From an uncultured beta proteobacterium (GTDB taxonomy: Bacteria > Pseudomonadota > Gammaproteobacteria > Burkholderiales > Burkholderiaceae_A), in NCBI GenBank assembly GCA_902586195.1, contig CACIGF010000004.1:3296-67295 (forward strand): a stretch of DNA of 64,000 bases. Direction: 5' to 3'. Made by a program: the position numbers and the translations under genes. Positions 9,930 through 19,229 of this stretch are shown here, piece after piece; positions within the stretch are counted from its first letter, which is position 1; the number at the start of each line of letters is the position of its first letter. The notes beneath the pieces are model-generated. The model saw only the letters and a list, made by a program, of their open reading frames with translations, had not been told where the DNA came from and made no database searches.

Positions 9930-11290
9930 ATATCGTAATATTGGCCGCAGGCATAGGAAAGCGAATGAAAAGTTCTCTTCCCAAAGTCCTCCACCAAATT
10001 TGTGGCAGACCAATGATCTGTCATGTGCTTGATGCCATTGCTACATTTAAGGAGTCAAATATTGTTGTTGTTATTCCTCCAAATGGGACTGACATCGAGA
10101 ATACAGTTCGCCACTTTGCGCGCGCAAAATTTGAACCCAAGTTTGCAATTCAAAAAAAACCCTTAGGAACTGGTGACGCTTTGAAATCCGCAGCTCCTTT
10201 ATTAAAAATTAACAAACCAACTCTTATCCTATTCGGCGATGTTCCTCTCGTCTCTAACCAATCATTGAAGAGATTTGCAAAAAATTTTGAAAAAAACTCG
10301 CCTTTCAGAATCTTAACAACAAAAATAGAGAAACCAAAAGGCTATGGGAGAATTATAAGAAACAACAGCAAAGAAATCTTATCAATCAGGGAAGAAGCTG
10401 ACGCTTCTACAAAAGAGAAGAGAATAGTGGAAATATTTGCTGGGCCAATACTAATAAATACGAAAGTTCTGAAAGGGCTAATCCAAGATATAAAACAAGA
10501 CAATAAACAAAATGAGTTTTATATTACTGACCTAGTAGCGAAAGCTGTAAAAAATAACCTTGCAATTAGTTCATTGGAACTTGAGGATTCTCGGGAAATT
10601 CTTGGAGTCAACACAATTAGACAGAAATTAGAAGCAGAAGCAATATTGAGTCAAAAGAAAATTGAATACTGTCTTGAAAAAGGGTTACAAATAAAAGACC
10701 CCAATAATTTTAATCTTCGAGGAGATATCAATTTCAAAGCAAATGTAACCATTGACGCAGGATGTGTTTTTGACGGAGAAATTAACCTCGGTAAAAATGT
10801 AGAAATCGGACCTTATACAATTCTTAAAAACGTCAATATCGAGGATAATGTTCGAGTCGATGCATTTAGTGTTATCGAAGAAAGTGAAATCAAAAAGAAT
10901 AGCACCGTTGGTCCTTTCGCCAGATTAAGAAATGGAGTGGTAGTTGGAGAGAATTGTCGTGTGGGTAATTTTGTTGAGATAAAAAATAGCGTTATTGGAA
11001 ATAGCACCAAAGCGAGCCACTTATCCTATATCGGTGACGCAGAAATTGGAAAAGATGTAAACATCGGAGCTGGTGCTATAACCTGCAACTACGACGGAAA
11101 GGATAAACACAAAACTACGATCGAAGACAATGTTTTTGTAGGATCTAATACTAGTTTAGTAGCTCCAATAAAAATAAAGAAAGGCGCAACAATCGGAGCT
11201 GGCAGTTGTATCACATTTGATGCTCCGGCGAAGAGCTTAAATGTTGGACGTGCAAAGCAGACTACCATTAAAAATTGGAAAAAAAATTAG
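9926..11290 (+). CDS. glmU: bifunctional UDP-N-acetylglucosamine pyrophosphorylase / glucosamine-1-phosphate N-acetyltransferase
   Basis: N-terminal ILAAGIGKRMKSSLPKVLH nucleotidyltransferase motif and C-terminal left-handed beta-helix hexapeptide repeats. ATGA overlap with the upstream gene. Confidence 0.9.
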   Translation: MNIVILAAGIGKRMKSSLPKVLHQICGRPMICHVLDAIATFKESNIVVVIPPNGTDIENTVRHFARAKFEPKFAIQKKPLGTGDALKSAAPLLKINKPTLILFGDVPLVSNQSLKRFAKNFEKNSPFRILTTKIEKPKGYGRIIRNNSKEILSIREEADASTKEKRIVEIFAGPILINTKVLKGLIQDIKQDNKQNEFYITDLVAKAVKNNLAISSLELEDSREILGVNTIRQKLEAEAILSQKKIEYCLEKGLQIKDPNNFNLRGDINFKANVTIDAGCVFDGEINLGKNVEIGPYTILKNVNIEDNVRVDAFSVIEESEIKKNSTVGPFARLRNGVVVGENCRVGNFVEIKNSVIGNSTKASHLSYIGDAEIGKDVNIGAGAITCNYDGKDKHKTTIEDNVFVGSNTSLVAPIKIKKGATIGAGSCITFDAPAKSLNVGRAKQTTIKNWKKN

Positions 11291-11293
11291 ACT

Positions 11294-13135
11294 ATGTGTG
11301 GGATTATTGCGGGAATCAAGAAAGGCAATATCGTACAGGATTTAATTGGATGCCTAAAAAAATTAGAATATCGCGGTTATGATTCTGCAGGACTTGCATG
11401 TTTTGAAAATAACAGGATAGAAAGATACAGATCTGTAGGAAGGGTCTCCGAGTTAGAAAAAATTGTAGATACAAAATATTCTAATATTGGGATTGCTCAT
11501 ACAAGATGGGCTACTCATGGGAAGGTAAATGAATTAAATGCACATCCTCATCTATCCATAAAAGATGGTTTTTCAGTTTGCGTAATTCATAATGGAATTA
11601 TAGAGAACTACAAAGAGCTGAAAGCGACACTCATAAAATATGGATATTCTTTTGAATCCCAAACCGATTCAGAAGTCCTTGCTCATTTGCTTCACTTAGA
11701 GAGAAAAAAATTCTCTTCTTTAAAAGAAGCTTTAAATTCTGTTAGAAAAAAACTAATAGGGGCCTATGCATTAGTCGCAATCTGCGATAAGGATCCTAAT
11801 ACTATCTCAGGTACAAAAAGTTCTTCCTCTCTCGTCTTGGGTATAGATAGGGGAAGCCATCAATATTTTTTATCATCTGACCCGAATTCCTTATCTGGCA
11901 TTTCGACGCATATTGTATTTATAGAAGAGTTGGAACTTATCTGTTTAAACGGATCTGAGTTTACGATATATGATGAGAACCTAAACAAAATTAATAGAGA
12001 CTTAACTAAATTAGATTTTGCTAGCGATAAAATTTCCCGTGGTGAGTATGCAAGCTTCATGCAAAAAGAAATTCATGAACAACCAAACGCTATTGCAATG
12101 ACCTTAGAAAATTTTTTTGATGAAAACTCTTTAACCCCTATTCTTTTTGGCAATGATGCACCAAAAATCTTTGAAGAAGTAGAGCAAATTATCATAATCG
12201 CGTGTGGCACTAGCTATCATGCCGGATTAGTAGCAAAATATTGGATAGAGGAGTTGGCCAAAGTGCATGTTTCCGTGGAGATCGCTAGTGAGTTTAGGTA
12301 CAGAAAAAGTGTTCTCAAAAACAAAACCCTTATGATTGGTATCTCTCAATCAGGAGAAACTGCTGATACGCTTGCAGCTTTGAAGCTAGCCAGAAAGTTA
12401 GGACTAGAGTGGATTTTTGGAATCTGTAATGTTCAGGAATCAACTCTTATCCGGATATGCAACTTATCTTTCATCACCCGGGCGGGCCTTGAAATTGGTG
12501 TAGCTTCGACTAAAGCATTTACAACACAACTTGCATCGCTATTTGTATTTGCACTTACACTCGCTAAAACGAAAAATCATATAAATACCCAAAACGAGCG
12601 GAATTTTTTAAAGCAGCTCAGACATTTGCCTAATGCAGTTGCATCAATACTCAATGGAGAGATGAGTGTAAAAAACTGGATCAAATATTTTGAAAGTAAG
12701 CAAAATGTGTTGTTCTTGGGACGGGGTATTCATTATCCTATTGCCATGGAAGGAGCACTTAAACTTAAGGAAATTAGCTATATTCATGCTGAAGCTTATG
12801 CTGCCGGGGAGTTAAAGCATGGTCCCCTAGCTCTGATCGATGAAAGCATGCCCATTATTGCTATTGCACCAAACGATGATCTGGTAAATAAACTGAAAAA
12901 TAATCTTGAGGAAGTCAAGGCTCGCGGGGGCAGGTTATTTATTATCGCTGACCAGGGTTTCGAGTTGCGGGAAGACTCTTGTACAAAAATAATAACTCTA
13001 GGAGATCATGCAGGTTTTCTTTCCCCAATACTACACGTAATTCCTTTGCAACTATTGGCATACCACGTGGCCAACTCGAAAGGTAATGATGTAGACAAAC
13101 CGAGAAATTTGGCAAAAAGTGTTACTGTAGAGTAG
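11294..13135 (+). CDS. glmS: glutamine--fructose-6-phosphate aminotransferase
   Basis: MCGI N-terminal nucleophile, two SIS domains (GISQSGETADT) and the characteristic C-terminal ...KPRNLAKSVTVE. Confidence 0.95.
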   Translation: MCGIIAGIKKGNIVQDLIGCLKKLEYRGYDSAGLACFENNRIERYRSVGRVSELEKIVDTKYSNIGIAHTRWATHGKVNELNAHPHLSIKDGFSVCVIHNGIIENYKELKATLIKYGYSFESQTDSEVLAHLLHLERKKFSSLKEALNSVRKKLIGAYALVAICDKDPNTISGTKSSSSLVLGIDRGSHQYFLSSDPNSLSGISTHIVFIEELELICLNGSEFTIYDENLNKINRDLTKLDFASDKISRGEYASFMQKEIHEQPNAIAMTLENFFDENSLTPILFGNDAPKIFEEVEQIIIIACGTSYHAGLVAKYWIEELAKVHVSVEIASEFRYRKSVLKNKTLMIGISQSGETADTLAALKLARKLGLEWIFGICNVQESTLIRICNLSFITRAGLEIGVASTKAFTTQLASLFVFALTLAKTKNHINTQNERNFLKQLRHLPNAVASILNGEMSVKNWIKYFESKQNVLFLGRGIHYPIAMEGALKLKEISYIHAEAYAAGELKHGPLALIDESMPIIAIAPNDDLVNKLKNNLEEVKARGGRLFIIADQGFELREDSCTKIITLGDHAGFLSPILHVIPLQLLAYHVANSKGNDVDKPRNLAKSVTVE

Positions 13136-13230
13136 ATTAAGGTGTCTACTTTTCTCGGAAAATCAGTTTAGAATTTTTAGCAAGAGTTGAAAGTAACAAT
13201 CTTCTTTTTTGACATAGAGTTCAGTAATTG

Positions 13231-13551
13231 ATGAAAAGGTGCGATATTTCCCGGAGCAAACTAATCAGAGATGAATACATAGAACCCGATAAATACATCG
13301 AAGTAAATGAAAAAACCCTAAAAGTATATGCTGTATTCTCAAAAAAAAGTTCTTATTATTATCTTGCGAAACTTTATGAAAGTTCAAATCATTTTTTTTT
13401 AGTTTCAGAATCTAAGCAAGGTACTCGTAAAAAATATGAAGCGTTATGTTCTTTTTCAGGATGTAGAGAGGGCCTAGAACAAACTATTGATCTTATGCAC
13501 GGATTTTCAGATGAAGATGAAAGTTATAGAGGATTGAAAAGAATTAAGTGA
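13231..13551 (+). CDS. hypothetical protein (no family recognised)
   Basis: ORF of 106 codons from the ATG at 13231 (a TTG lies at 13228). No motif recognised. The support is positional: its stop sits in a GTGA overlap with a downstream micro-ORF that is itself ATGA-coupled to nth. Confidence 0.4.
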   Translation: MKRCDISRSKLIRDEYIEPDKYIEVNEKTLKVYAVFSKKSSYYYLAKLYESSNHFFLVSESKQGTRKKYEALCSFSGCREGLEQTIDLMHGFSDEDESYRGLKRIK

Positions 13552-13652
13552 TCAACAGAATTATTGCTAATGACAAAATTGTCTATGTGGACGAGAAGAA
13601 GAAATCGAAAAGTTACACTATTTACAAAAAATCGACGATAGAAAACTTATGA
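13548..13652 (+). CDS. possible 34-codon micro-ORF bridging the hypothetical gene and nth
   Basis: It runs from GTG 13548 (overlapping the upstream TGA as GTGA) to TGA 13650-13652 (overlapping the nth ATG 13649 as ATGA). Translation: (M)INRIIANDKIVYVDEKKKSKSYTIYKKSTIENL. The call is purely structural. Confidence 0.2.
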   Translation: MINRIIANDKIVYVDEKKKSKSYTIYKKSTIENL

Positions 13653-14299
13653 AAAAGTTCGAAAGAGCAAAATTTATAATGGAACATTTAGAAATGACAT
13701 ACCCGAATACTCCTATCCCACTTAATCACAAAAGTATTTTTGAACTTCTGATAGCAGTTCTTCTTAGCGCACAGTGCACCGATGAAAGAGTCAATAAAGT
13801 CACTCCACACTTATTTAGGCTCGCTAAAAGACCTGACGAAATGCAGGGAGTAAAAAGAGAGCATATATACAAAATCATACGCCCTTGTGGATTAGCTCCC
13901 AAGAAATCCGAGGCGATAAGCACTTTGTCAAAAATTCTAGTTGAACAATACAACTCCGAAGTTCCCAGCAATTTTAAAGACCTAGAGTCACTTCCAGGAG
14001 TTGGCCACAAGACGGCAAGTGTAGTAATGTCACAAGGTTTTGGTTACCCTGCTTTTCCTGTGGATACGCATATACATCGCTTAGCACAAAGATGGGGTTT
14101 GACAAAAGGAAAAAATGTTGTACAAACAGAAAGAGATCTGAAAAATGTTTTTCCAGAAAATGCCTGGAACAAACTTCACTTACAAATAATATTTTATGGT
14201 AGAGAGTTTTGTACTGCTCGAGGGTGTGATGGAACCGTTTGTACTATTTGCAAAACATGTTACCCCAAAAGGAAAAAACCAAAGAAGGTGAATAAATGA
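13649..14299 (+). CDS. nth: endonuclease III (DNA-(apurinic/apyrimidinic site) lyase)
   Basis: HhH-GPD motif LPGVGHKTASVV, catalytic region FPVDTHIHRL, and a C-terminal Cys-rich cluster CTARGCDGTVCTICKTC. Confidence 0.85.
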   Translation: MKKFERAKFIMEHLEMTYPNTPIPLNHKSIFELLIAVLLSAQCTDERVNKVTPHLFRLAKRPDEMQGVKREHIYKIIRPCGLAPKKSEAISTLSKILVEQYNSEVPSNFKDLESLPGVGHKTASVVMSQGFGYPAFPVDTHIHRLAQRWGLTKGKNVVQTERDLKNVFPENAWNKLHLQIIFYGREFCTARGCDGTVCTICKTCYPKRKKPKKVNK

Positions 14300-15783
14300 G
14301 CAAAACGTTGCTAATAATATTAGGGAATCAATTATTCAATCCCACGTTTTTGAAGGAAATTAAGTTTGATTTTATCTTCATGGCTGAAGACTATGAACTG
14401 TGTTCTTATGTTAAACACCACAAATTGAAAATACTGATGTTTTTACTATCCATGAGAGAGTATTGTGCAGAGCTACGTCAAAACAATCATAAGGTAATTT
14501 ATAAATCTTTAGACGACGATTCCTTCAGAGAAAAATATGAAAATAAATTAATTGGTCTCATTAAAACGCAAAGAATAGAAAAATTAGTTTTTTTTGAAAT
14601 AGAAGATAAATTTTTTGAAGCAAGGATCAATAAATTTGCAAGACAAAATAAGTTATCAGTTGAGATTCTTCCTTCTCCCATGTTTTTATTTTCGAGGGAA
14701 GATTTCAAAACATTTTCAGATGGGAAGAACAAACTTCTTATGGGAAAATATTATCAGGAAAAGCGCAAACAACTCGGTATTCTTCTGGACGAGAAAAAAA
14801 AACCAGTAGGTGGGAAGTGGTCTTTTGACGAAGAAAACAGGAAAAAACTACCTAAAACAATTGAGATTCCAGCTTTGTTGAAGTTAGAACAACTGGATTA
14901 TGAAGAAAAGTTAAAGAATCAGATAGAGACTATTTTTCATAAGCATCCGGGAAACACGAAAAATCGATGGATGCCGGTATCTAGAAAGGATGTGAAACGT
15001 TGGCTAAACGATTTCCTAAAAACTAAATTTAAGGATTTTGGGCCATACGAGGATTCTATCAGCTCAGGACACAATTTTATATTCCATTCTGCTTTAAGTC
15101 CTATGCTTAATAACGGGCTCTTAACTCCAGGTGAACTAATATGTGAACTAGAAAAATATATTGATAAGGTTCCAATAAATTCTTACGAAGGACTTGTTAG
15201 GCAGGTCATCGGTTGGCGAGAATTTATAAGGGGAATATATCAAGAAAAAAGTGATTTGCAGGAGACAAGTAATTTTTTTGGTCACTCTCGAAAATTAAAA
15301 CAAAGTTGGTATGACGGAACTACTCAAATCATACCGCTCGATGATGCAATTAAGTTTACACAAAATTTTGGATACACACATCACATAAATAGACTGATGA
15401 TAATAGGAAACATAATGAACCTATGTGAAATTGATCCTCACGAAATCTACAAATGGTTTATGGAAATGTTTGTTGACTCATCTGATTGGGTAATGACGCC
15501 AAATGTCTTTGGTATGGCAACATTTGCCGATGGGGGGCTGATGGCGACTAAACCTTATATTTGTGGATCGAACTATATTGTAAAGATGAGTGATTATAAA
15601 AAAGGGCCATGGTGTGACATTGTAGATGGATTATACTGGAACTTTATCGAGAAGAATCAAAAGTCTCTTAAAAAAAATCCTCGATTGTCACTAATGGTAG
15701 GTGCTCTTAACAGAATGGACCGAAAGAAGAGAAAGTATATAGACGATCGTGCAACAGAGTTCATTGAAGAGAACTGTCGCTAA
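14296..15783 (+). CDS. cryptochrome/photolyase family protein, COG3046 / FeS-BCP ((6-4) photolyase-like) branch
   Basis: N-terminal LLIILGNQLF, then GWREFIRGIY, YTHHINRLMIIGN and KPYICGSNYIVKMSDY...LYWNF. This is the pattern of photolyase-related COG3046 proteins. ATGA overlap with the nth stop. Confidence 0.75.
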   Translation: MSKTLLIILGNQLFNPTFLKEIKFDFIFMAEDYELCSYVKHHKLKILMFLLSMREYCAELRQNNHKVIYKSLDDDSFREKYENKLIGLIKTQRIEKLVFFEIEDKFFEARINKFARQNKLSVEILPSPMFLFSREDFKTFSDGKNKLLMGKYYQEKRKQLGILLDEKKKPVGGKWSFDEENRKKLPKTIEIPALLKLEQLDYEEKLKNQIETIFHKHPGNTKNRWMPVSRKDVKRWLNDFLKTKFKDFGPYEDSISSGHNFIFHSALSPMLNNGLLTPGELICELEKYIDKVPINSYEGLVRQVIGWREFIRGIYQEKSDLQETSNFFGHSRKLKQSWYDGTTQIIPLDDAIKFTQNFGYTHHINRLMIIGNIMNLCEIDPHEIYKWFMEMFVDSSDWVMTPNVFGMATFADGGLMATKPYICGSNYIVKMSDYKKGPWCDIVDGLYWNFIEKNQKSLKKNPRLSLMVGALNRMDRKKRKYIDDRATEFIEENCR

Positions 15784-15847
15784 GACTTTATCTCATATGC
15801 TTGTTGGTGAAAAACGCAGAAATTAAAAAAGCTTAAGAGATTTAATA

Positions 15848-16273
15848 TTGAAACAAAAAATTTGCACGATTGAAATTATGACTGATGGTATAGGTCTTTA
15901 TGAGATCACAGACAACATTACTACGACTGTCGGTAAATTAAAATTTAATAATGCACTTATTAATCTCTCAATACCACATACCTCTTGTTCCTTACTGATC
16001 CAAGAAAATGCATCTCCTGCCGTTCAAAATGATTTGATATCGTTTTACAAAAAAATCGCACCAATGGACAAAAACCTTTACGAACACGGTATTGAGGGCA
16101 TTGATGATATGCCCGCACATATAAAAACATCTCTCACTCAAACAAATCTAACTTTAAGTATCATTGACAAAAAGCTTATGCTTGGGAAGTGGCAGGGAAT
16201 CTTTTTGTTTGAACATAGAATAACTAATCAGATGAGGAAAGTTGTTATACATATGATGGGTGATGATTCGTAA
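15848..16273 (+). CDS. yjbQ: YjbQ/UPF0047 family protein (secondary thiamine-phosphate synthase-like)
   Basis: HTSCSLLIQENASPAV, HIKTSL and GKWQGIFLFEHR motifs typical of UPF0047. TTG start. Confidence 0.8.
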   Translation: MKQKICTIEIMTDGIGLYEITDNITTTVGKLKFNNALINLSIPHTSCSLLIQENASPAVQNDLISFYKKIAPMDKNLYEHGIEGIDDMPAHIKTSLTQTNLTLSIIDKKLMLGKWQGIFLFEHRITNQMRKVVIHMMGDDS

Positions 16274-16275
16274 CC

Positions 16276-17526
16276 TCACTGAATTTTTTTAACTTCTTTT
16301 CTGATGAAAAGTAGCATAAGTATTCCAGGGATCGAGGCAGCGAAGGAAAATAAAAAAAATATAGGCCAATCAAAATTAAAAGCGATTTCACCGGCTAAAG
16401 GACCTACAAAAACTCTTCCAATAGAAGCTAATGCCGACAGGAGAGCAAACTGAGTAGCTGTATATTTTTTATTACATAGGACCATAAGGAATGCTACAAA
16501 GGCTGCTGTCCCCATCCCCCCGGAAAGATTTTCAAGAATTATGACAATCGCCATATCGATAAGATCAGGATTACCAATTGAGAGCCAACAAAATCCAAGG
16601 TTTGTAATTGCCTGTAAACACCCGAACCAAAATAAGCATTTGAGCAAGCTAGCTTTTGAGAGAATCCAACCCCCTAATATACCGCCGAATAAAACTGCGA
16701 ATAATCCTACTCCTTTACTCACGGCGCCGACCTCAGCTGGAGTAAATCCGGCTCCTCGAATAAGGAAAGCAGTTGATAGAGACAATGCGAACGCATCTCC
16801 TAACTTATATAAGATAATGGTCACCAGGATCAGGATAGCGCCTGTTCTAGAAAAAAATTCTTTAAAAGGCTCTTTAAAAGCTTCTTTGAGAGATTTTGGT
16901 GAAGTATTGGTCTTCTCCTCGGGGCATAGGAAGACAAATATCGCAAAAACAAACACAACACAACCGAATAAGAAATAAACACCAGAGAATCCAAAATATA
17001 ATTCAGCAATAACTAGAGCTAATGCTCCCGATGCAATCATTGCAAACCTGTATCCGATGACAGACCATCCAGCGCCGTATCCCATAATTTTTTTAGGCAA
17101 AATTTCAGTCCGCCATGCATCAAAGACTACGTCAAAACTAGAGGAAAAAAAGGCTAATGAGATTGCAAGAATCGCTATAAATACCAATGCATGTCTATTC
17201 GAAAAATCAATGAGTGAGAAAAAAAACAATGTAATCGACATAGCGAAAAGAAAAAAAATTAACCACCCCCTTCTTCTAGATGTCTGCCCTATCGGCATTT
17301 TATAGCGATCAAGTATAGGGGCCCAAAAAAACTTATATGTATATGGAAGTCCAACGAGGCTTAACCAACCAAGAATACGAAGATCAACTCCCTCAACAGT
17401 CAACCATGCCTGCAACGTCCCTGCAGATAGAGCCAAGGGTAGACCACTTGCAAAGCCTAAGAATGTAGTGAAGAATAAAAGCTTGCCGTTAGTTCCGTCG
17501 ACAAATAATTTTTTTTGTATATTCAT
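16276..17526 (-). CDS. ampG: AmpG family muropeptide MFS transporter
   Basis: FLGFASGLPLAL, WLSLVGLPYTYKFFWAPILDRY and 12+ transmembrane segments. The longest ORF starts at 17550. I prefer the internal ATG (complement of 17524-17526), which gives MNIQKKLF... Confidence 0.8.
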   Translation of the reverse strand: MNIQKKLFVDGTNGKLLFFTTFLGFASGLPLALSAGTLQAWLTVEGVDLRILGWLSLVGLPYTYKFFWAPILDRYKMPIGQTSRRRGWLIFFLFAMSITLFFFSLIDFSNRHALVFIAILAISLAFFSSSFDVVFDAWRTEILPKKIMGYGAGWSVIGYRFAMIASGALALVIAELYFGFSGVYFLFGCVVFVFAIFVFLCPEEKTNTSPKSLKEAFKEPFKEFFSRTGAILILVTIILYKLGDAFALSLSTAFLIRGAGFTPAEVGAVSKGVGLFAVLFGGILGGWILSKASLLKCLFWFGCLQAITNLGFCWLSIGNPDLIDMAIVIILENLSGGMGTAAFVAFLMVLCNKKYTATQFALLSALASIGRVFVGPLAGEIAFNFDWPIFFLFSFAASIPGILMLLFIRKEVKKIQ

Positions 17527-18403
17527 GGACAACAAGTCTACAACAAACATCGTGCAAAATAAAAAATTACTAAGGTTTTGTTTTATTACCTCTTATCTTT
17601 TTCTGATGGCAGGTTGCGCAACAACAAACGGCCCAAAACAGCTATCCGGCCCTGAAGATGGCGTCGAGGTAAAAAGTGCCTCAAATATGAGGCATATCGT
17701 ACCTTCAAAAGATCTCATCATTGCCGCTGAAAAAGAATATGAAAAAATCAAAGCTGCGGCTGAAAAACAAGAAAAACTTGCAGCGAATGATGAACCACTT
17801 TTAATAAAACTGGAAAATATTTTAGACAGAATTCAACCGAACGCTACCTTGTGGAACCCTGATGCTCTGGAATGGGATTGGGAAGTGATTTTAATTAAGG
17901 ACAAGCAATTGAACGCGTTCTGTATGCCAGGAGGTAAAATTGCTTTTTTTAGCGGTATTGTAGAAGAGCTAGAGCTAACTGACGATGAAATTGCTATGAT
18001 AATGGGTCACGAAATGGCGCACGCGTTAAGAGAACATGCGAGAGCCAGAATAGCTTTAGCCCAATTAACAGACTTGGGCAAGGAAATTTTATCTGCGACT
18101 CTTGGTCTAGGTCGAAGTGAACAAGGGATAATTGGTTTTGGAAGACAGTTATTAGGTCTTAGATTTTCCAGAAAAGATGAGAACGATGCAGATGTGGTTG
18201 GGTTAGATTTAGCGGCACGCTCTGGTTTTAATCCAGGCGCTGGAATTTCACTTTGGAAAAAAATGATGAAAGCAAACAAAGGTGGTCCGCCAGAGTGGCT
18301 ATCGACTCACCCCTCAGGAGATAGTAGGATTGAAGAAATTGAGAAAACATTACCGAAAGTGGTACCTCTTTACGAGAAAACTATAAATCATAAAGAGCAA
18401 TAA
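17525..18403 (+). CDS. M48 family zinc metallopeptidase, predicted lipoprotein
   Basis: HEMAHAL zinc motif and a lipoprotein signal ...FLMAGC. I prefer the ATG at 17525; the ORF track begins at 17468. The 3' end overlaps xthA by 23 nt (convergent). Confidence 0.75.
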   Translation: MDNKSTTNIVQNKKLLRFCFITSYLFLMAGCATTNGPKQLSGPEDGVEVKSASNMRHIVPSKDLIIAAEKEYEKIKAAAEKQEKLAANDEPLLIKLENILDRIQPNATLWNPDALEWDWEVILIKDKQLNAFCMPGGKIAFFSGIVEELELTDDEIAMIMGHEMAHALREHARARIALAQLTDLGKEILSATLGLGRSEQGIIGFGRQLLGLRFSRKDENDADVVGLDLAARSGFNPGAGISLWKKMMKANKGGPPEWLSTHPSGDSRIEEIEKTLPKVVPLYEKTINHKEQ

Positions 18404-19199
18404 GTGGGGCATGGTCTGATAACTTTGGCTCTTTTTCAACCCAAATGTTTTTACATAAACTTGCAATTTCCACTGTAGCAAGCTGATAGTCGATTCTCCA
18501 TCCAACATTATTTTCACGGGCTCTACCTCTTTGACTCCACCATGTAAATGCAACATCTTCTGGCCGTGTTTGCCTAAAAACGTCTTTCCACCCTTCATCA
18601 AGAACATCAGAGAGCCACTTTCTTTCCTCGGGCAAAAACCCGGAGTTCTTTTTATTTTGTTTATAGTTTTTTAAATCAATTTCATTGTGAGCAATATTAC
18701 AATCTCCGCATATAAGAAACTGTCTACCAGATAAGGTCCGTTCCTCACTCCAACTGCGTAAAGTTTTTTTTAAATCCGACAAAAAACGATATTTCGATTC
18801 TTGTCGAATTTCCGATGCCGACCCAGAGGGGAAATAGATACTAACTAAAGAAAAACGAGGGGCAGAATCATAGAAGTTATCAAAATCTATCCTTAAAACT
18901 CGGCCCTCATCATCGAACTCTGTAACGTTAATACCAGCAACAATATTTGTCGGTTTTTTCTTTGAAAAGATTGCCACACCAGCATAACCCGGTTTCTTTG
19001 AAAAAAAATAAGTACCCCTTAATGGTGAATTCACCAGATCTATATTAAAGTAACTAAATTCCAAATCTTTTTCTTGCGCTCTCACCTCCTGAATACATAC
19101 ATAATCGGGATTCTGTGAAACGATCCATTGAAATAGTCCTTTTTTTTTAGCTGCTCTGATACCATTAACGTTTAGAGTTATGACTTTTACTTTTTGCAT
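18381..19199 (-). CDS. xthA: exodeoxyribonuclease III
   Basis: MQKVKVITLNVNGIRAA N-terminus, ICGDCNIAH and SDHAPL motifs of the EEP nuclease family. The start at 19199 matches the homologue N-terminus; the longest ORF starts at 19217. Confidence 0.85.
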   Translation of the reverse strand: MQKVKVITLNVNGIRAAKKKGLFQWIVSQNPDYVCIQEVRAQEKDLEFSYFNIDLVNSPLRGTYFFSKKPGYAGVAIFSKKKPTNIVAGINVTEFDDEGRVLRIDFDNFYDSAPRFSLVSIYFPSGSASEIRQESKYRFLSDLKKTLRSWSEERTLSGRQFLICGDCNIAHNEIDLKNYKQNKKNSGFLPEERKWLSDVLDEGWKDVFRQTRPEDVAFTWWSQRGRARENNVGWRIDYQLATVEIASLCKNIWVEKEPKLSDHAPLIALYDL

Positions 19200-19229
19200 A
19201 GAAATGGAACCTCCCATTTACTGTTTAAT

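Noticed and set aside
14230-14270. Unusual cysteine spacing in the endonuclease III C-terminus (C-x4-C-x4-C-x2-C-x2-C, versus C-x6-C-x2-C-x5-C in E. coli).
   Set aside because: Variant Fe-S ligand spacings exist among Nth subfamilies, four or more cysteines are still available, and the rest of the protein is canonical. It is not distinctive enough to report as a finding.
16541-17305. Antisense ORFs of 145 and 82 codons within ampG.
   Set aside because: They are shadow ORFs opposite a membrane-protein gene. Their translations are Pro/Asn/Lys-rich without structure, and ampG motifs occupy the other strand throughout.
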